Assembly (NCBI RefSeq): GCF_009834535.1
Contig: NC_045697.1
Coordinates: 53,198,001 to 53,262,000 of the forward strand
Length of the DNA stretch: 64,000 nt
Reading direction: 5' to 3'
Origin: Camelus ferus
Lineage: Eukaryota
A program made the position numbers and the translations under genes. Numbering within the stretch: the first letter of the stretch is position 1; each line of letters opens with the position of its first letter. Below, one piece after another: positions 26,641 through 40,376 of the stretch. The notes under the pieces are model-generated. The model searched no databases. It had not been told where the DNA came from and saw only the letters and a program-made list of their open reading frames with translations.

Positions 26641-27845
26641 AAAGTTGACTTTATCTTGTGGATGGTAAATGTCCTTTACGGATGAGAAAATAAACATTCA
26701 TTGAAGCCTACTTGGGGAAAATTACTTCATTTCTCTTTTGCAGTAATAATGATAACAACTACAATAATATGTAGTCTATGAGTACATATTAAATAATTAA
26801 ATACATGTGAACAAAGACCTTCGGTTTGTAATATATAACTGTTGATTGCTTATTATTATTTAATATTATTGTTGTCTTATATTCCACAAGAATTCTTATA
26901 GTACTTTGTGATAAATTTTTTAAATTAATGAAATAAATTCTATTTCTTCCACAATTTTACTTTATTTTACTTGGAATTAGTAATATTATTAATGGTCATT
27001 ATAATTGAAGCCCAACCATGCCATGTTTCTGACCAGGCCTCACTTCCAGACCCTAGCATTTGAGAGAGAGAAGGTAAAGGCTTGTACAATACTCCTAGCA
27101 ATAGAACATCTATTGAGGGTTTCAGCAAGAGACTAGATGGGTGACAGTAAGCTTTTTGTAAATGTTGAGTGATTTGTATTTTTCCTGGCACAATGTGCTA
27201 AATATGGGGCAAGCACATTTTCTTTGCACTGTTTCTTTAAAGGAAAAACTGGCATATTTTTGGATTTTGAGTATTCACTAAATTTTGTAGACTAAAAGAC
27301 CTCAGTTCTAGAAGCTTCCTGATGTGTGTGTGTGTGTGTGTGTGTTTCTGTGTACAGGTGTGAGTCTGTAGCTTCAAGTCTGGAGGAAACTGAACATGCA
27401 GGTCAAGAGTCTCCATCAACTCCCATTAATTTTGCCGTATGTCTGTGTTTGTAGTTGTAGTTATCTGTAGCCTGTCTGTGTCCAGAAATTGCTCTCGGGA
27501 ATGATCTAGACTAAAATTAGCATTACATTTGGATACTTTAATGCTAACTCTAGAGTTCTCATGGCTCCCAAGAGTCACTGTGTGGTCCTCTGGATTCTAA
27601 CACTATGGCTTAGTTCTTCTTGGGTCCCAGTGACTTAGCCATGAATTTAGATATTCCAGTGTCATACTGCAGAAGGTACTCTTAACCAGTGTTAAACAAT
27701 GGACCCACTTTGAGAATCAGAGGAAATTATGAACTTTGCCTCCAATTAAATGTATATACTCAAACTCACACTAAATTTATCTTGGAATTTCAAAGTTTCA
27801 AAGATCCCTAAGGTGTATTCACAGACTGTTTTCAAGAGATCCAGT

Positions 27846-28016
27846 TGCATTCAATTAGCTTTATTATGCAAGATCAAAAAATTAAATGTGCATGAATGTA
27901 AAATGTAAGGGGAGAAGAGAAAGGAGCTGAATCTGTGAAAATCATATTCTCTCTTGACTGAAGGCAGACAGCTGGCCAAAGGAGAGTTTGAACTGGTCGT
28001 TTGGTTTCAGCAAGAC
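27846..28016 (-). other. CSN3: Kappa-casein exon 5 (3' UTR) with AATAAA at 27865-27860; 3' end approximate
   Basis: ttttttatag|GTCTTGCTGAAACCAAACGACCAGTTC... followed ~150 nt later by AATAAA. Confidence 0.85.
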
Positions 28017-29937
28017 CTATAAAAAATGATGACAGTTTAGGAATTTAGTTCATTGTGTGTTAGTGGTTCTCATGACATGTAGACTTTTATTTAGCTTCCA
28101 TGATTTGTCTCATGTCCATATCCAAGGAGTTTATCAAATTAAATATCTAAATTTAAATATTTAAATTTGACATATAGTGAACTGAAAATAATTGACTTCA
28201 CCTCATATTTCTAGAAAGACACAATTCTTTACAGTCTTTTTATAAGTGATATTATACAGAGGTATGAACTTAGAAATCTGGGTTCATGAGTTTTGAACAA
28301 ATGTAACTGTTAAGATAATGATTATTCTATTAAAAATATAATCATGTAATAATGTATTTGGATCAATAGATAAAAGTATATTCAATTACTTGTTTTCATG
28401 TTGTCACCATTAATTTTCTCATTTTGTTTTCAAAATTTTAGTAAGTCAACAATTTATCCAGCTTACTATCATTTTTTTTCTTACCAGATGTCTTATTAAA
28501 TATGAACTCAATGATAAAATTTATACATATGCTGATCTTGGGAAACTAAAGTATGTTTTCTGTTTTGTTTTGTTTTTTTTTTTTGCAAGTTAGGCCATAT
28601 GGAAATAGATGTCAAACTAATTAAGCCTTACTATCTATAATCTACAGGTCTGGCCTATTTTTTTCCATTTGTGAATTCAAGATAGTAATATAATCTATTC
28701 CATATGGCTGCTATAGGAATAAACTGAGATAGTTATGTAGTTTTGATTATTTAGTAAGGACTTGAGATATTGGTTGAAAGTAAATTTTAGTATTTATTAA
28801 TTTTACTTTATCTTTTCTAGAACATTACATTTCACAGATTGATCAATTTTTACAACTCATTCACAATGTGCTTTCTCACTTGAATCTCATAGCAACCAAA
28901 ATTATGAGAAAATGAAAGTTCAAAGACAGTAATGACTTATATAAGGTCACACAAGGGAAGAAGCAGCCTTCTCTGATCTAATGCTGTTATTATTATATCA
29001 TAGATCACTGAGTTGTATTTTAGATCATAAAACATGTAGACAGTGTGATGCACTGAAAATATTTGTTGTAGAGACTCTCAAAATTTTGTCACTTTCTCCC
29101 CAAATTATTTCACATTCTTTAGTTATTTTCTGTTTTATTAATCTTTCTCTTTATTTAACTTCTTCATATAAGTTTTAAATTATTTTAGACTCTGCCATTA
29201 TCCATTGACCCAATAAACAGAAATATTTTACATCACATTTAAAGTTCTGAAAGTATCCTTTGAGTATGTAGGTGTTTTTCAGGTTAAGAATTATAATTCT
29301 TCCATGGGTTTATCTTCGAATAGGAAATTTGGGGTGCCTAACTTCATGGATCCTTTCAGAAATGATGTCTGAGAGGATCCATGAAGCTACATGGGAGAGG
29401 ATCCACCATGTTCCACGTGGGAAATGTATCATTTCCTTTCACTCTATTTGTATCAAAATTAGAGTTCAAGAACACTGTTAAACAATTAAAATGTATTTAA
29501 ACTCATACCCTATATAAATTGTTCTAAGAAAGTTTACTTTGGAGATAAGAAAAATCATAAGTTTAACATAGTATTTTACTCTACTGTCTTCGTGTGTGAC
29601 CAGGAATGAAATAAAACTATTAAGCTCGAGGAGTGTTCCACTTGTCAAAAAAAAAAAAAAAAGTTTGATAATAAAACCCCCAATTTTTATTCATTTCGTA
29701 AAATAATGTTATTTTTCATTTCCTGTTGGAAAATAATTTAGTGTATCAATGCTATGGCCCCACCAAATTAAAATTAAAATTAGCCCATTTTGCCTGTTCC
29801 CGTAACAGACTTAATTTATCCATCGACACTATTTTAGATTTTATGATTGTGTTGATAAATCCATGAACCTTGTCTAGTGTTTATTTTTGTGTTTTGCTCA
29901 TTTACCTGTGTTGTCTTCTTTGCTGTTTCCTTAGTTT

Positions 29938-30399
29938 TTAGATCTCAGTCGAAGTAATTTGGACTGTGGTGGTCTCGGGTGTGCTTGTGGTGATGAATTC
30001 TGAGGAAGCTTCTGCAATAACTACAGTGTTCACTGCTGGTTCGGCGGTAGGTATAACTGGAGGCTCAACAGTAGCAACAGTATTGATGGCAGGGTTGACT
30101 GTTTTATCCTGGGTTTTCTTTGGGGGAATGGCAATAAATGATGGACGTGGGCGTGGCCGACGTTCCACAGTAGGTGGGTCGATATTTGGCAGGGCTTGGC
30201 ACTGAGGAATTTGAGCATGTAGTCTAATTGCAACTGGCTTTGCATAATTTGGGTAAGGAATAAATTGGTTATTAATTGGTACAGCTAGTCTGTGTTGGTA
30301 GTAATTGATTCCATAACTAGGATATCTACTCTGCACGAACTGAATTGGGAAATATTTGACTGTTTTTTCATTGAGCAATCTTTCCACCTTCTCACAGCA
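29938..30399 (-). CDS. CSN3: Kappa-casein exon 4 coding part ([12 protein letters not shown]...VQITSTEI*); whole exon 29906-30399
   Basis: ORF 29938-30414 gives typical kappa-casein sequence ([32 protein letters not shown], Thr-rich macropeptide). Acceptor tgcag at 30401-30400, donor at 29905-29904. Spliced total 18+11+153 = 182 aa. Confidence 0.99.
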   Translation of the reverse strand, partial: CCEKVERLLNEKTVKYFPIQFVQSRYPSYGINYYQHRLAVPINNQFIPYPNYAKPVAIRLHAQIPQCQALPNIDPPTVERRPRPRPSFIAIPPKKTQDKTVNPAINTVATVEPPVIPTAEPAVNTVVIAEASSEFITTSTPETTTVQITSTEI

Positions 30400-31589
30400 C
30401 TGCAAAAAGAACAAATTATGAAGAATGGTATTATTGTAAGCTAGAATGTAGAGATATTTTAAATCAGAATTTTTTGAAATAATATGTTACAGTATTTGAT
30501 GTTAAGTAGGTACAACATTGGAAATAGTGAACCCAATAACCATAATATTTTACAAGATATGAATTTTTACACTTTCCTTTCACTTCTTGATTTTCAGCAA
30601 ATATTAAAAATAACATTAGTTTCAAAAAATTAGGTAAGATAATTCATAATGTAAACCACGTTGCCCAGAGCTTGGCACATATAAAAAGTGCTCAGTAAAT
30701 GTTGCATATTAGAAGTACAACAATAAGACAAATCTCATAGAGAGCTTTGGCATACTCTGCACAAACATACTACACACACAGGAAAAATACGTACATATTT
30801 TTTCATATTTATATGTATATATATATGTATTCTCACCACATGTTTGTAATTGTTTACAAATTTTATTTACCTAGAGAGAAGGCTGAGGGCACATCCCCCC
30901 ACCAACCTAATTATATCAGAATAGAAAAATAAAGTGATGTAGGAGACTTCCTGGATGTATATTTTGGATTTTTTTCAGCTTAATTTTATCTGTTAAATAT
31001 CAGTAAGGAAATTTTCTATTTTTATTTGACTCCATTCTATTGATTATGTGCAATTATAAAAATATGTCATTAGGTCTTTCCATATAAATAGAAACAAATC
31101 AACAAAATTACACTGCAAATAAAAATTACACTTTTATTTCTCATAAAAGAAGACATATTTATGTATTCATTCAAACAGAATGTTGGGGAAACAAAAGGAG
31201 AAAGTAAATATAAGTGTATGAGAAGTATTCAGAGATGGATCTTTCCCCAAGTCTTAAAAAGTAGGCAGAAGAAGTATTAAACTTTACTTTTGTTTTCATT
31301 TTTTTCCAGTACTAAATTCTGAGAGAGTTTTCTCTTATTGCTAAATACACACAAAAGCCAAAAGACGTGACTTGGCCTATAAGATGATACCAAGATTTTT
31401 AGAAGAACTTTGAGATTAATTCACATGATTGATTGCTAACTGATGACTTTTACACAGATTATTAGATTATTTTATGGGGTTTAAATACTTAGTTTTTAGA
31501 CAAAAGGCATTTTAATATCATTAAACTTTGCAGAATAAACTTTGTAGAATTTACTTTGGAGTCCATGTCTCTACTAGAGACAAACTTAC

Positions 31590-31622
31590 TGTTGGTTGTT
31601 CCTGGTTTTGCACCTCTGCACC
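31590..31622 (-). CDS. CSN3: Kappa-casein exon 3 (GAEVQNQEQPT)
   Basis: 33-bp phase-0 exon, cag|GGT GCA GAG GTG CAA AAC CAG GAA CAA CCA ACA|gtaag. Confidence 0.97.
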
Positions 31623-33099
31623 CTGGTGAGATTCAGAGAAGTAATAAGAAACACAAAGTTAAAAAAAAGCAAGAATTCTAGATTTTTTTTGTGGTTTTAA
31701 AGATACCTTTTATATTAAAGACAAAACATGTTTTCTTTGTTTTTATTTTAGTATTGTAAAATATTATAAAGCATTTTCCATGGTTAACTAATCTAAAAAG
31801 CCTGTGAACCACTCAAGAAGCAACAGTGATATACTAACTAAATAGTAATAATGAACTCTACAGTTAAGTTGTCTTTTAAAAATCATTGTCTAGGGAGAAA
31901 AATTCAAGGTTGAAGAGAATGTGATCATCTGACCCCTGTGCCAACAAATACACGTGATATTTGCTTAAATGAAAAATATGAATAACTTATATTCAGTTTG
32001 TATTGAATCTATATTGTTAAAAATAAGAAGAACATTGAGAATATATTTCTGCCCTCCTATTAAGATGATTTTTGAAGTTTTCTAGGTTAAAAAAATGGCT
32101 CCTAGCATAACATCGATATATAAATGTTTTATAATTATGCTTTTTAAAAATCAACTTTCATTTGTTTTTATAGTATTTTTCTTAATTCTGGATTGCAACA
32201 CACATTATGAGTCAGGAATGAGAAAGTAATTTCCATAGGCATGTATATATAAAACTTTAAAACTCCCAAAAGTTTTATAAACTTTTGCGATGAGGTCATA
32301 ATTTTAAATATTTTAAAATGGCAGTTCGAGTTTAGGACATTGCACACATATTCCTTGGATATAAAAGACTCTAGAAACCTTTTGAATGTTGTAGGTATAG
32401 AAATTTGAAAAAAATAATAGAATTCAGGGTGTGTTGAGACAGAGACTTGTTTTTCTCTAAATTTATTAAATCATTTGTTTAAAATTTAAAAAGTAATATG
32501 AATATTGTAGAAAGTTTGCCTACACTCAAAAATTCTGATAATCTAGACATCTTAATATAATATTAACTTATATGTATTACGTACAACTGCTATACATTCA
32601 TTTTCGTATCCTGCATCTTATTTTTTTTCAAGAAACATGATCTCTCATATTATTTTTTCATTATCTCATAGTTTTCATACTTACACATTTATAGTTTAAA
32701 AATAAATGATCAATGATTATGTCCTGAAATGTTTGTTCGTTATTGCTAACCATAAAGCTTTTTTCAAAAAAATATTTTATTGTATATAGAGGGATGCATA
32801 ACATCTGGATATCAGTGGCCTTTTAAATAGTTTTCATTGATTCCTTAAGATAGTTTTTCAAAAGTGTGGGTTTGGGGGGACAAAAAGTCTTTGTAGAAAT
32901 TATTAAACTGCTGTAATGAAAAGTTGTGCCAACTTATAGCCACCAAAAGTCTATGGATTATGCAGTTCATCTCATAATTGCTAGTAATAAATATTATCTT
33001 AACTATTTTTATTTTGGAGAGAAGGAATACATTTAGCACATAAAAGATGCTATCACATTGCTTTTTTTTTTTTGAAGAATTTAATAATTTATTTCTTTT

Positions 33100-33280
33100 T
33101 TTCTTTTTTTAAATTGAAATACAGTCAGTTTACAATATTGTGTCAGTTTCTGGTGTACAGCATAATGTTTCAGTCATGCATATATATACATGTATTCGTT
33201 TTCATATTCTTTTTCATTATAGGTTACTACAAGATATTGAATATAGTTCCTTGTGCTACACAGAAGAAACTTGTTGTTTC
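33100..33280 (-). mobile_element. Short L1 3'-end insertion in CSN3 intron 2
   Basis: ttttaaattgaaatacagtcagtttacaatattgtgtcagtttctggtgtacagcat...gttccttgtgctacacag. Confidence 0.8.
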
Positions 33281-34552
33281 ACATTACTTTTTCAATTTGT
33301 ATCATTTTGATCATTCATAAGATTGAATGGTAAAAAATCTATAAACTTTGATTCTTCCTTTGATTTATTTGTTCATGTCTGTGGGGCCTGCAGCTTTGTG
33401 AAAGCAGGAAGCAGTGTCTGTGGGCTCCACCAGGCTCCAGTAACTCAGTAAGTGGTTGCTGCAGGTCAGGCAGTCATGGATCATTTCTGATACAAAGTTC
33501 AATCCCTGTCACTCAAAGAGAAAGCCCACTTTCAAAATGTGCAGGTGCCACAATAAAATCAAATTTCAAAGAATAAATGAAAGAAAATAAATGTGAATGT
33601 CATAGTCGTTCAAAATTTTTTAAAAGTTTGACTCCACTAATTTACCTCATAGAATTATTTAGGAGATACTAACTTAAAAGCACGTCTAAATTTAATAATA
33701 AGTGAATTATGAAACAAGGACTAAGGGCCTTCCAAATTTTACAGTCTAAGAGGAGGACGCAAAACATCGTATGTTTGCCTTCCTGTTCTTGCTGTTTGCA
33801 AATAAGTGCCTGGGATCGCCGATTGAACGTGAAAGTAAAGCAGGGTGATAGCCAAAATGACAATGAAAACAAGTCTAAAAATTAAAAGAAAAAAATCCCC
33901 CAAAACCCTCTTCTTTTTCAGATAGCTTTAATACACAGAATGTAACTTTTAAAAAAATGCCTGAAAATTAGATTTGATTATGGACAGTATCCCTGGGGAG
34001 GAGTCAGTCAGCTGACGTTTTGGGAAGAGTACAATAAAATGTACAGTTATGTTTGACGGTAAAGGTAGATGTGCCAAGGTCTTTGAAACTGGTAAAAAAG
34101 CTTAAACAAGTTCCCAATCTTTTAAGAATTTAGTCTCTAAAGTGATTGGGGTCTGTGTGAGATAGGAATTTAATTTAAAACATTTCTGATCCTGAACTAT
34201 GATTTTTGCATTTATTTTTTGTGAATTATTTTTTAGAGCATATTATAATTAAAAAATATCTTCAGTATTGTTTTTCCCCAAAAATATATTTTCTCTATCA
34301 TATGAGAATTTTAAAGATTTTCTTATACATGATAAAGTGTGATTTCTTAATTCTTGAAAACTGATGTCCAGAACATCTTTTAAATTTTGTAATAGAAATA
34401 AATGTAAAAATGAGTTACTTTTATGAAAATATAGTTAGTATGCAGCTATTTTGCTCTATAAATATAACTATTTAGAAATTTACATAATTAGAGCCTTTAA
34501 ATAAAATTTTCTTAAAGTTTTAATACAAATTCATTAGATGCAATTAACTCAC

Positions 34553-34606
34553 CAAAAAAGGTAGAGTTAATGCCAGGATAGTCACAACTAGGAAGAAGCT
34601 CTTCAT
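34553..34606 (-). CDS. CSN3: Kappa-casein exon 2 coding part (signal peptide MKSFFLVVTILALTLPFL); whole exon 34553-34614
   Basis: tttag|GTGCAATC ATG AAG AGC TTC...CCT TTT TTG|gtgag; 62-bp exon with 54 coding nt, phase 0. Confidence 0.97.
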
Positions 34607-37143
34607 GATTGCACCTAAAAATAAAAATTAAAAAATTAAAAAAAAATTAAATTAAAAGGATCTATTACTAATAATTTAGGAGTGATTTGGAACAATGTTT
34701 TCTTTGCTTTAAGGAAAAACCCCACTAGATTTATGGGTAGATATAGCCAATGTGGTAAATTTATTTTATTAAAAACTTTAGAAAAACCAAACAGTATAAT
34801 GTGTATGAATTTGATTTTTGGCTATAATATTAAAAGTATCATTACAAGGTTAATCATATATTCATTTAACATGTACCAGGAACCTACTAGTAGGCCATTA
34901 ATAAGGAAAGTCATAGACACAATTTTTTATAAATAATTAAATTACATGAGAATTTTATTCTGTTGTAGAGAAGGACAGGTAGTTTGAATAACTTTAAACT
35001 TTGTTGGAAAAAAATGTGTCCCTATGTATACACATATACATACACATATATAATGTATAGGCACATAATGGTGCCTATAAATATATATGTACATTTATAG
35101 GTACTATTCTTACCTATAAATAAAAATTTTAGCTTATATATATAAAGAACAAGGCACTGTCAAGTGTTGAGATTATCAAGGTGAATTGGTCTTGCTAGTC
35201 TTACCCAGTAGCATCAATTGTAGGAAGAGAGTTGCAACAACAAGTCACTGTTAGAGGAAAGAAAGTCGAAAATGTCACAAAAGTGGCTTTCTACATATAG
35301 AAGTTTTCAGTTAAGAAATCAACAAACTACTTGTGTGGGAGATACAGGTGGGACTTACTCATGCAGAGATTAATAGAGAACATTCAAATAGAAGAGAAAG
35401 CCTTCTGAATATCCATGGGCATTTAAATGGAGAAAAGGGAAAGATAAAGTTGGAAAGAAGGTTTAGGGCAGCAAAAGGAGAGGCTTCCCATGCCAGTCTG
35501 AAGAGTAGGCAAGGCTTTGTAAACAAGGGAAACCAGCTGAGTGGTTCAGGACCAGAGACTGTGTGACTACACATTCCTTTGGAGAACTGAGTTCCATCTC
35601 AGGCTCTATCTCTACTTGTGCAATTTTGTCCAAGTAATTTCCTTTATCTGGGCCTTACTATTCTTACCTATAAATGAAAGTTTGAACTAAAATTTCTAAA
35701 ATTCTGTAATTCCATGATTGGTCTAACAGGAACATGTAAGATGGAGGAGATGGAGGGTATACTGAAACTGCATTCTTCACAATTACTTCTCCAGTCATCA
35801 TGAATGATGAGATTAACTTGATTGTTTTAATAAAAACATAGGTATGACAATGACAGGGCTTTGACTGAAATATTTAAAGAAATAAACTAGCCTTATCTTT
35901 CTAAAGGAGTATAGGAGTCACACCTGCTTATTTGATTTTTTAAAAATAGTCTTTTTAGAAAGATACATATAACAGTTTAAGCTTTTAATATTTCAGTATA
36001 TGTGGTATTTGTGAAATAAATGCTAACCACATCTTGTTGCAACTACTGTTATTGACCTACTTGTATAGATTTGAGACTTGCAAACTGAGTTTTACAAGAG
36101 AGGGTCACAGAGTTAAAGTCCAGGCTTGGTAAAGGGAACACACCAGACTCCATTTGCTTTTGATTCACAGATAATAATGATTAGAAAGACTGTCTACTAA
36201 ACTGATTTCAGAACCTCTGATAGGATATCATTGGTTGGAAAAGAGCTCATGTGAGATCTACAAGCAAACTCAAATTTCAATGAAAAGAATGGAGTTCCCT
36301 ATTAATTCTTCACTTGCCAGTTACCTTTTTTCATTTTTTAACACAAATATATTAGACATATAACATTGTGTAAATTTAAATTATATGACATGTTGATTTG
36401 ATATATTTATATATTGTAATGTGATTGCCATTGTAGTGATAATTACCACTTCTATCATGTCACATAATTATCATTTCTTTTTTGTAGTTGGAATAGTTAA
36501 GATCTCTCTTAGGATGTTTTCAATTCAAGCAAAATTATAACACATATACAGATTTACACACACAGTCACACAAGCAATCTGTAAAATGACAGTAGATCCT
36601 CTTTTTTAGCATAAACAGAAATCAGAGAGATAAGACCATAATTTACTTATGTTACTTAAACCAATGAGTACTTGATGGAAAAGTCTATGAAACAGCAGAA
36701 CTATTCAGCTTTCGTGAGGATATGTAACTCATAATTTTTAAAAAAGTTATACCGTAACGTATAAAATTATAATCTTTAGATAGAAATAAAAATTTTAAAT
36801 TAGTTAAGGGGTCAGTCTGGATTATTATGACACATTCATCTTTCTGAGAAGTTAGCCCTCCACATATGTCTGTAGGAATAAATTCATTGTCTTGAACAAC
36901 TTTTCTTTACAATTTACATTGTCTTCAGTAGTTTAGCCAGTAGTGAAGACTAAAAATAACCCAAAGTGAAGTTAAAAATAAATTTAATCATAACATTATA
37001 CAGAATCTAAGGTTTAGGTTAGAAACTAATGTCAAAATGATGCCAAGGCATATTCAAGCTTAGCAATAAAAACTAAGAGGAAGAAATTATGATTAACTCC
37101 TGTGAAAAAGAGTCATTCTCTCTGGACATTTCAATTTGATTAC

Positions 37144-37208
37144 CTTCCCTTGTGCCTGTCAGGTCTTGCTTGGCAGTAGGTTGAGCTGGCCTCTCAACTG
37201 TAAAGAAG
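37144..37208 (-). other. CSN3: Kappa-casein exon 1 (non-coding, 5' UTR); 5' end approximate
   Basis: Minus strand reads ...CAGTTGAGAGGCCAGCTCAACCTACTGCCAAGCAAGACCTGACAGGCACAAGGGAAG|GTAATC, with the GT donor at 37143-37142. Resembles the kappa-casein 5' UTR; TATA-like box lies just upstream. Confidence 0.85.
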
Positions 37209-37231
37209 ACCCAAGGTAAATAACTGGAGAC

Positions 37232-37239
37232 TAATTAAA
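37232..37239 (-). promoter_or_regulatory. CSN3: Atypical TATA box TTTAATTA of CSN3
   Basis: TTTAATTA on the minus strand ~25-30 nt upstream of exon 1. Confidence 0.7.
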
Positions 37240-38043
37240 GGGTGTTAGTGCTTTGCAGCATGTGATTTATCTTCCTCCTACATTACACCCAATAGGAAGA
37301 TGACAAAAAGGAAAGATTTGACGATAGCAGAGTCATCTTTGTGTCAGTTGTGGTTAGTGAAGTGCATAGGAGGAAACAGAGTTGTCATTTATAAAGCTTG
37401 AAAAGAGACTATCTACCTTTTTAAAGAATGCATTTTTATGTTTTATGAAAAAATATAGAGGAGTTTTAAAAAATTAATTGCATTCTCAATCAACGAATTC
37501 CACCTATTTGAATTGGAAGGTATTGTTAAAATGATTATAGCTGGTCACAACACTTTTATATTCAAATGTTTCTTTTTAGTTTAAGAACCTGGATATCAAG
37601 TGACCCTCTATATATATTATGGGCTGTGGTTGGTCATCTTCCTTCCAGAATTACAATCATTGATTTTTAGAAATTAGAAAACAGACCATTTCTTAAATAC
37701 CCAAGAGCAACTTCATACAAGTTAAATCTAAATATGAAATATTTTAATCAATATAAAGTAGCAAAGCCATTTGCATTTTATTCTTCAGTAAGTTCATGGT
37801 ATAAACATTCAATGTATACTTGCTGATTGATTAACCTTTTATGAATCAATGTTGCATTTAGATTTTTAAATTTCAATAATACAGGTGAAACATTCGGGAA
37901 ATACAAAATTAAATTATTGAATTCAGAATAATTGTTTTGTTTCAAAGACAGCTCATTCTAACTTACAAAGTATATATCATAAAACTACCAATATGGGAGA
38001 TATTTTGGTAAAATATAGCTAACCAAATAATTTGCTTAGATGA

Positions 38044-38344
38044 TTCAGAGAAGAATATTTTCTTTTGCATACATTTCTCTGGGGAAAAAAATGTTAACTG
38101 TGACTTCACCTTAGCTATGAAGTCCTTGGCCAGATTGAGGTATTTACAGGAATCAATGAGGACTGCCAGAACACAAACAAGAAATAATAAGAGCATTGTG
38201 TTGTAGTCCTCTTTTTCTTAGAAGTATTTCATGTCTTAGAAAGTTAGGAGTGATGTTTAGAACCCTAAAATGTTTATTCAGTTTGCACAGAGTAAGTTGA
38301 GATTTTCTATTTCTCAGAATAGTTGGCTTCTGCTGTTCAGAGAA
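38044..38344. promoter_or_regulatory. Cluster of STAT5/GAS motifs (TTC-N3-GAA) upstream of CSN3; probable lactation enhancer
   Basis: TTCAGAGAA 38044-38052, TTCTTAGAA 38215-38223, TTCTCAGAA 38311-38319, TTCAGAGAA 38336-38344, within non-repeat DNA 0.85-1.15 kb upstream of the TSS. Confidence 0.6.
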
Positions 38345-40376
38345 AGATGGCAGAGTTTCAAAATTGCTAAAACAAGCTGCTAAAGAAAGAAGACCAGCCA
38401 TTCTATTTGGACTGTTCAGTCACATCATTTTCCTTTGATCATTAGGGTCAAATGATGCTTAGAAGACTATGGTCTGATCAGTCCCCAAATCATGAAGGTG
38501 CTCTATTCCACATGGTAATTTCTCAGCCATTGATTTAGAGCCGTAGAATGATACTGACTTTCAGTTGAGTCTTTATTTAATTCACAAGTACCAGAGGATC
38601 AGAATACCTTCAATGATATTGTTTTGTCAGCATAATGTATTTCACCTGGGAATGCTTGGTATCCTCACCCCTACTGACAGAAAAACAATTCTACAGCAGG
38701 GGTCTCCCATCTACTTCAGACACTAACCTAGGTCTCTTGGGAACTTTGCAAAACTGGATATTATTCTTTGAGCACTTAAATTATTTCAGATACTGTTCCT
38801 GACATTAAGGATTAATTAGTAACCAAAGCAGGCAAAAATTGTTGCCCTTGTGAAGCTGATAGTCTAACGCTTACCCAGTACTAGTGACACTGAACATTCC
38901 TCATGTCATATTTATTGACCTAAGGCAATCTAAGAGAGCTAAAAGACTTTTGAGTGATTGTTGTAGATGATCCAGGTGAATTATATATTGGAGCTATTCA
39001 GATACCCTGGTGTTTTCCAAAGTAAAGCAAAGGGAGAATCAGAACTCCTATGAAAAGAAATCTCCCAGGATGTTGGGTTGATGTTGAACAAAGCCTCAAA
39101 ACTTACTGTGTTTGTGATCTATAACTGATTCACCAGCCTTGATCTAGTCACATATTCATCTGAGGGGCCAAAGCCAACTCCTGAAACATCCCTGGAGTAT
39201 GGGAGGAGGACCAGCAGGGCTTCTCAGTCAAGCAACAGCTTCCTCTTGTTTAGATACTGATAGGAAGTGTCCATTTATATAACTCTCACGCAGTGGAGCT
39301 ATTATGTTTTGTGAGAAGTTCATACTTCTGGCACTGTGAAATAAATATTTTTGTAGTAAGTGAAATGATGATTATAGACTTATATGCATTCTTTTACCCA
39401 TAACAACTTCCTCTTATTCTGTTAGTGTTTTTACATCTGATATGTACTTTATTTTCTTTTGGTGGTATTCATATGCATGTGGTTTTATTATTATTTTTGG
39501 TCCCACTTTATTTTTCAGCAAATTCATTAGTGTCAGGCTTATCTCAATACTCTACTGTACGCTTGAAGTACAACAGGGTTTGTGATAGTTGCAGCGTAAA
39601 TCACTAACAACTCTCTATATGATTAATTCTTAAGGCATCTGAAAAGTAACATTTTAGTGCAGAAATTTGTATGTTTCAAAATCATGAAGGTTAATCCTAG
39701 TGAATAACATCAAAATCAAAATGCATAACCATAATTGGCAAAAAGAACCACCACTCTAAAATATATAGTTGGCATGTTATGGTACTAAAATTATGAGACC
39801 TTCCATATTGTGTACAATGACTGGGTTTATATAACCATGAATAAAGTGCATAGATATTATTCTAAAACACATAGATTCATTTTTAGAATCAAAGGGGGCT
39901 GGCCCAAGAACTTCCTCAATAAAAATGTGAAGTAGATATATAAAATACCTTCAGATTCTCTCATGAGATCCCCCAAAACACTGCTTAAAATAATATGGTG
40001 AGGATTTCTCATTCAAGATACGCATTGGAGCACATGTTTAATAGGCCTCTTGAAAAATAACAATGAAAGCAAAGAAAAGATTAAGAGAATAGATGGGGAA
40101 AAGAAAAAGAAGATGAAAGGGAAAGTGGGTGGGGGAGCGAAGGAGGAGAAAGAGAGAAAATGGGATACTCAGTGTCACTCAGGAACTGGTAATTACCTTG
40201 ACAGCTATGCTGGCTAACCCTGACTCATTGTCTTAAAGCTCCTCTTAGAGGGAAAACTATGAGTTGACCTGTCTTGTTAATTTTCAGAATATCCAAATCC
40301 AGGAAAGATATCTAGAGGGGAAACAAGCTTGCAGGACTGTAGAGGAAAACAAAGCATTTCAAACTTTCATCCTTTG

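Noticed and set aside
28149..28168. Perfect 20-bp palindrome AAATTTAAATATTTAAATTT in CSN3 intron 4
   Set aside because: Pure A/T low complexity in very AT-rich DNA; no supporting context.
29966..30245. Extra ORFs 29966-30205 (+) and 30030-30245 (-)
   Set aside because: Antisense and alternate-frame shadows of CSN3 exon 4.
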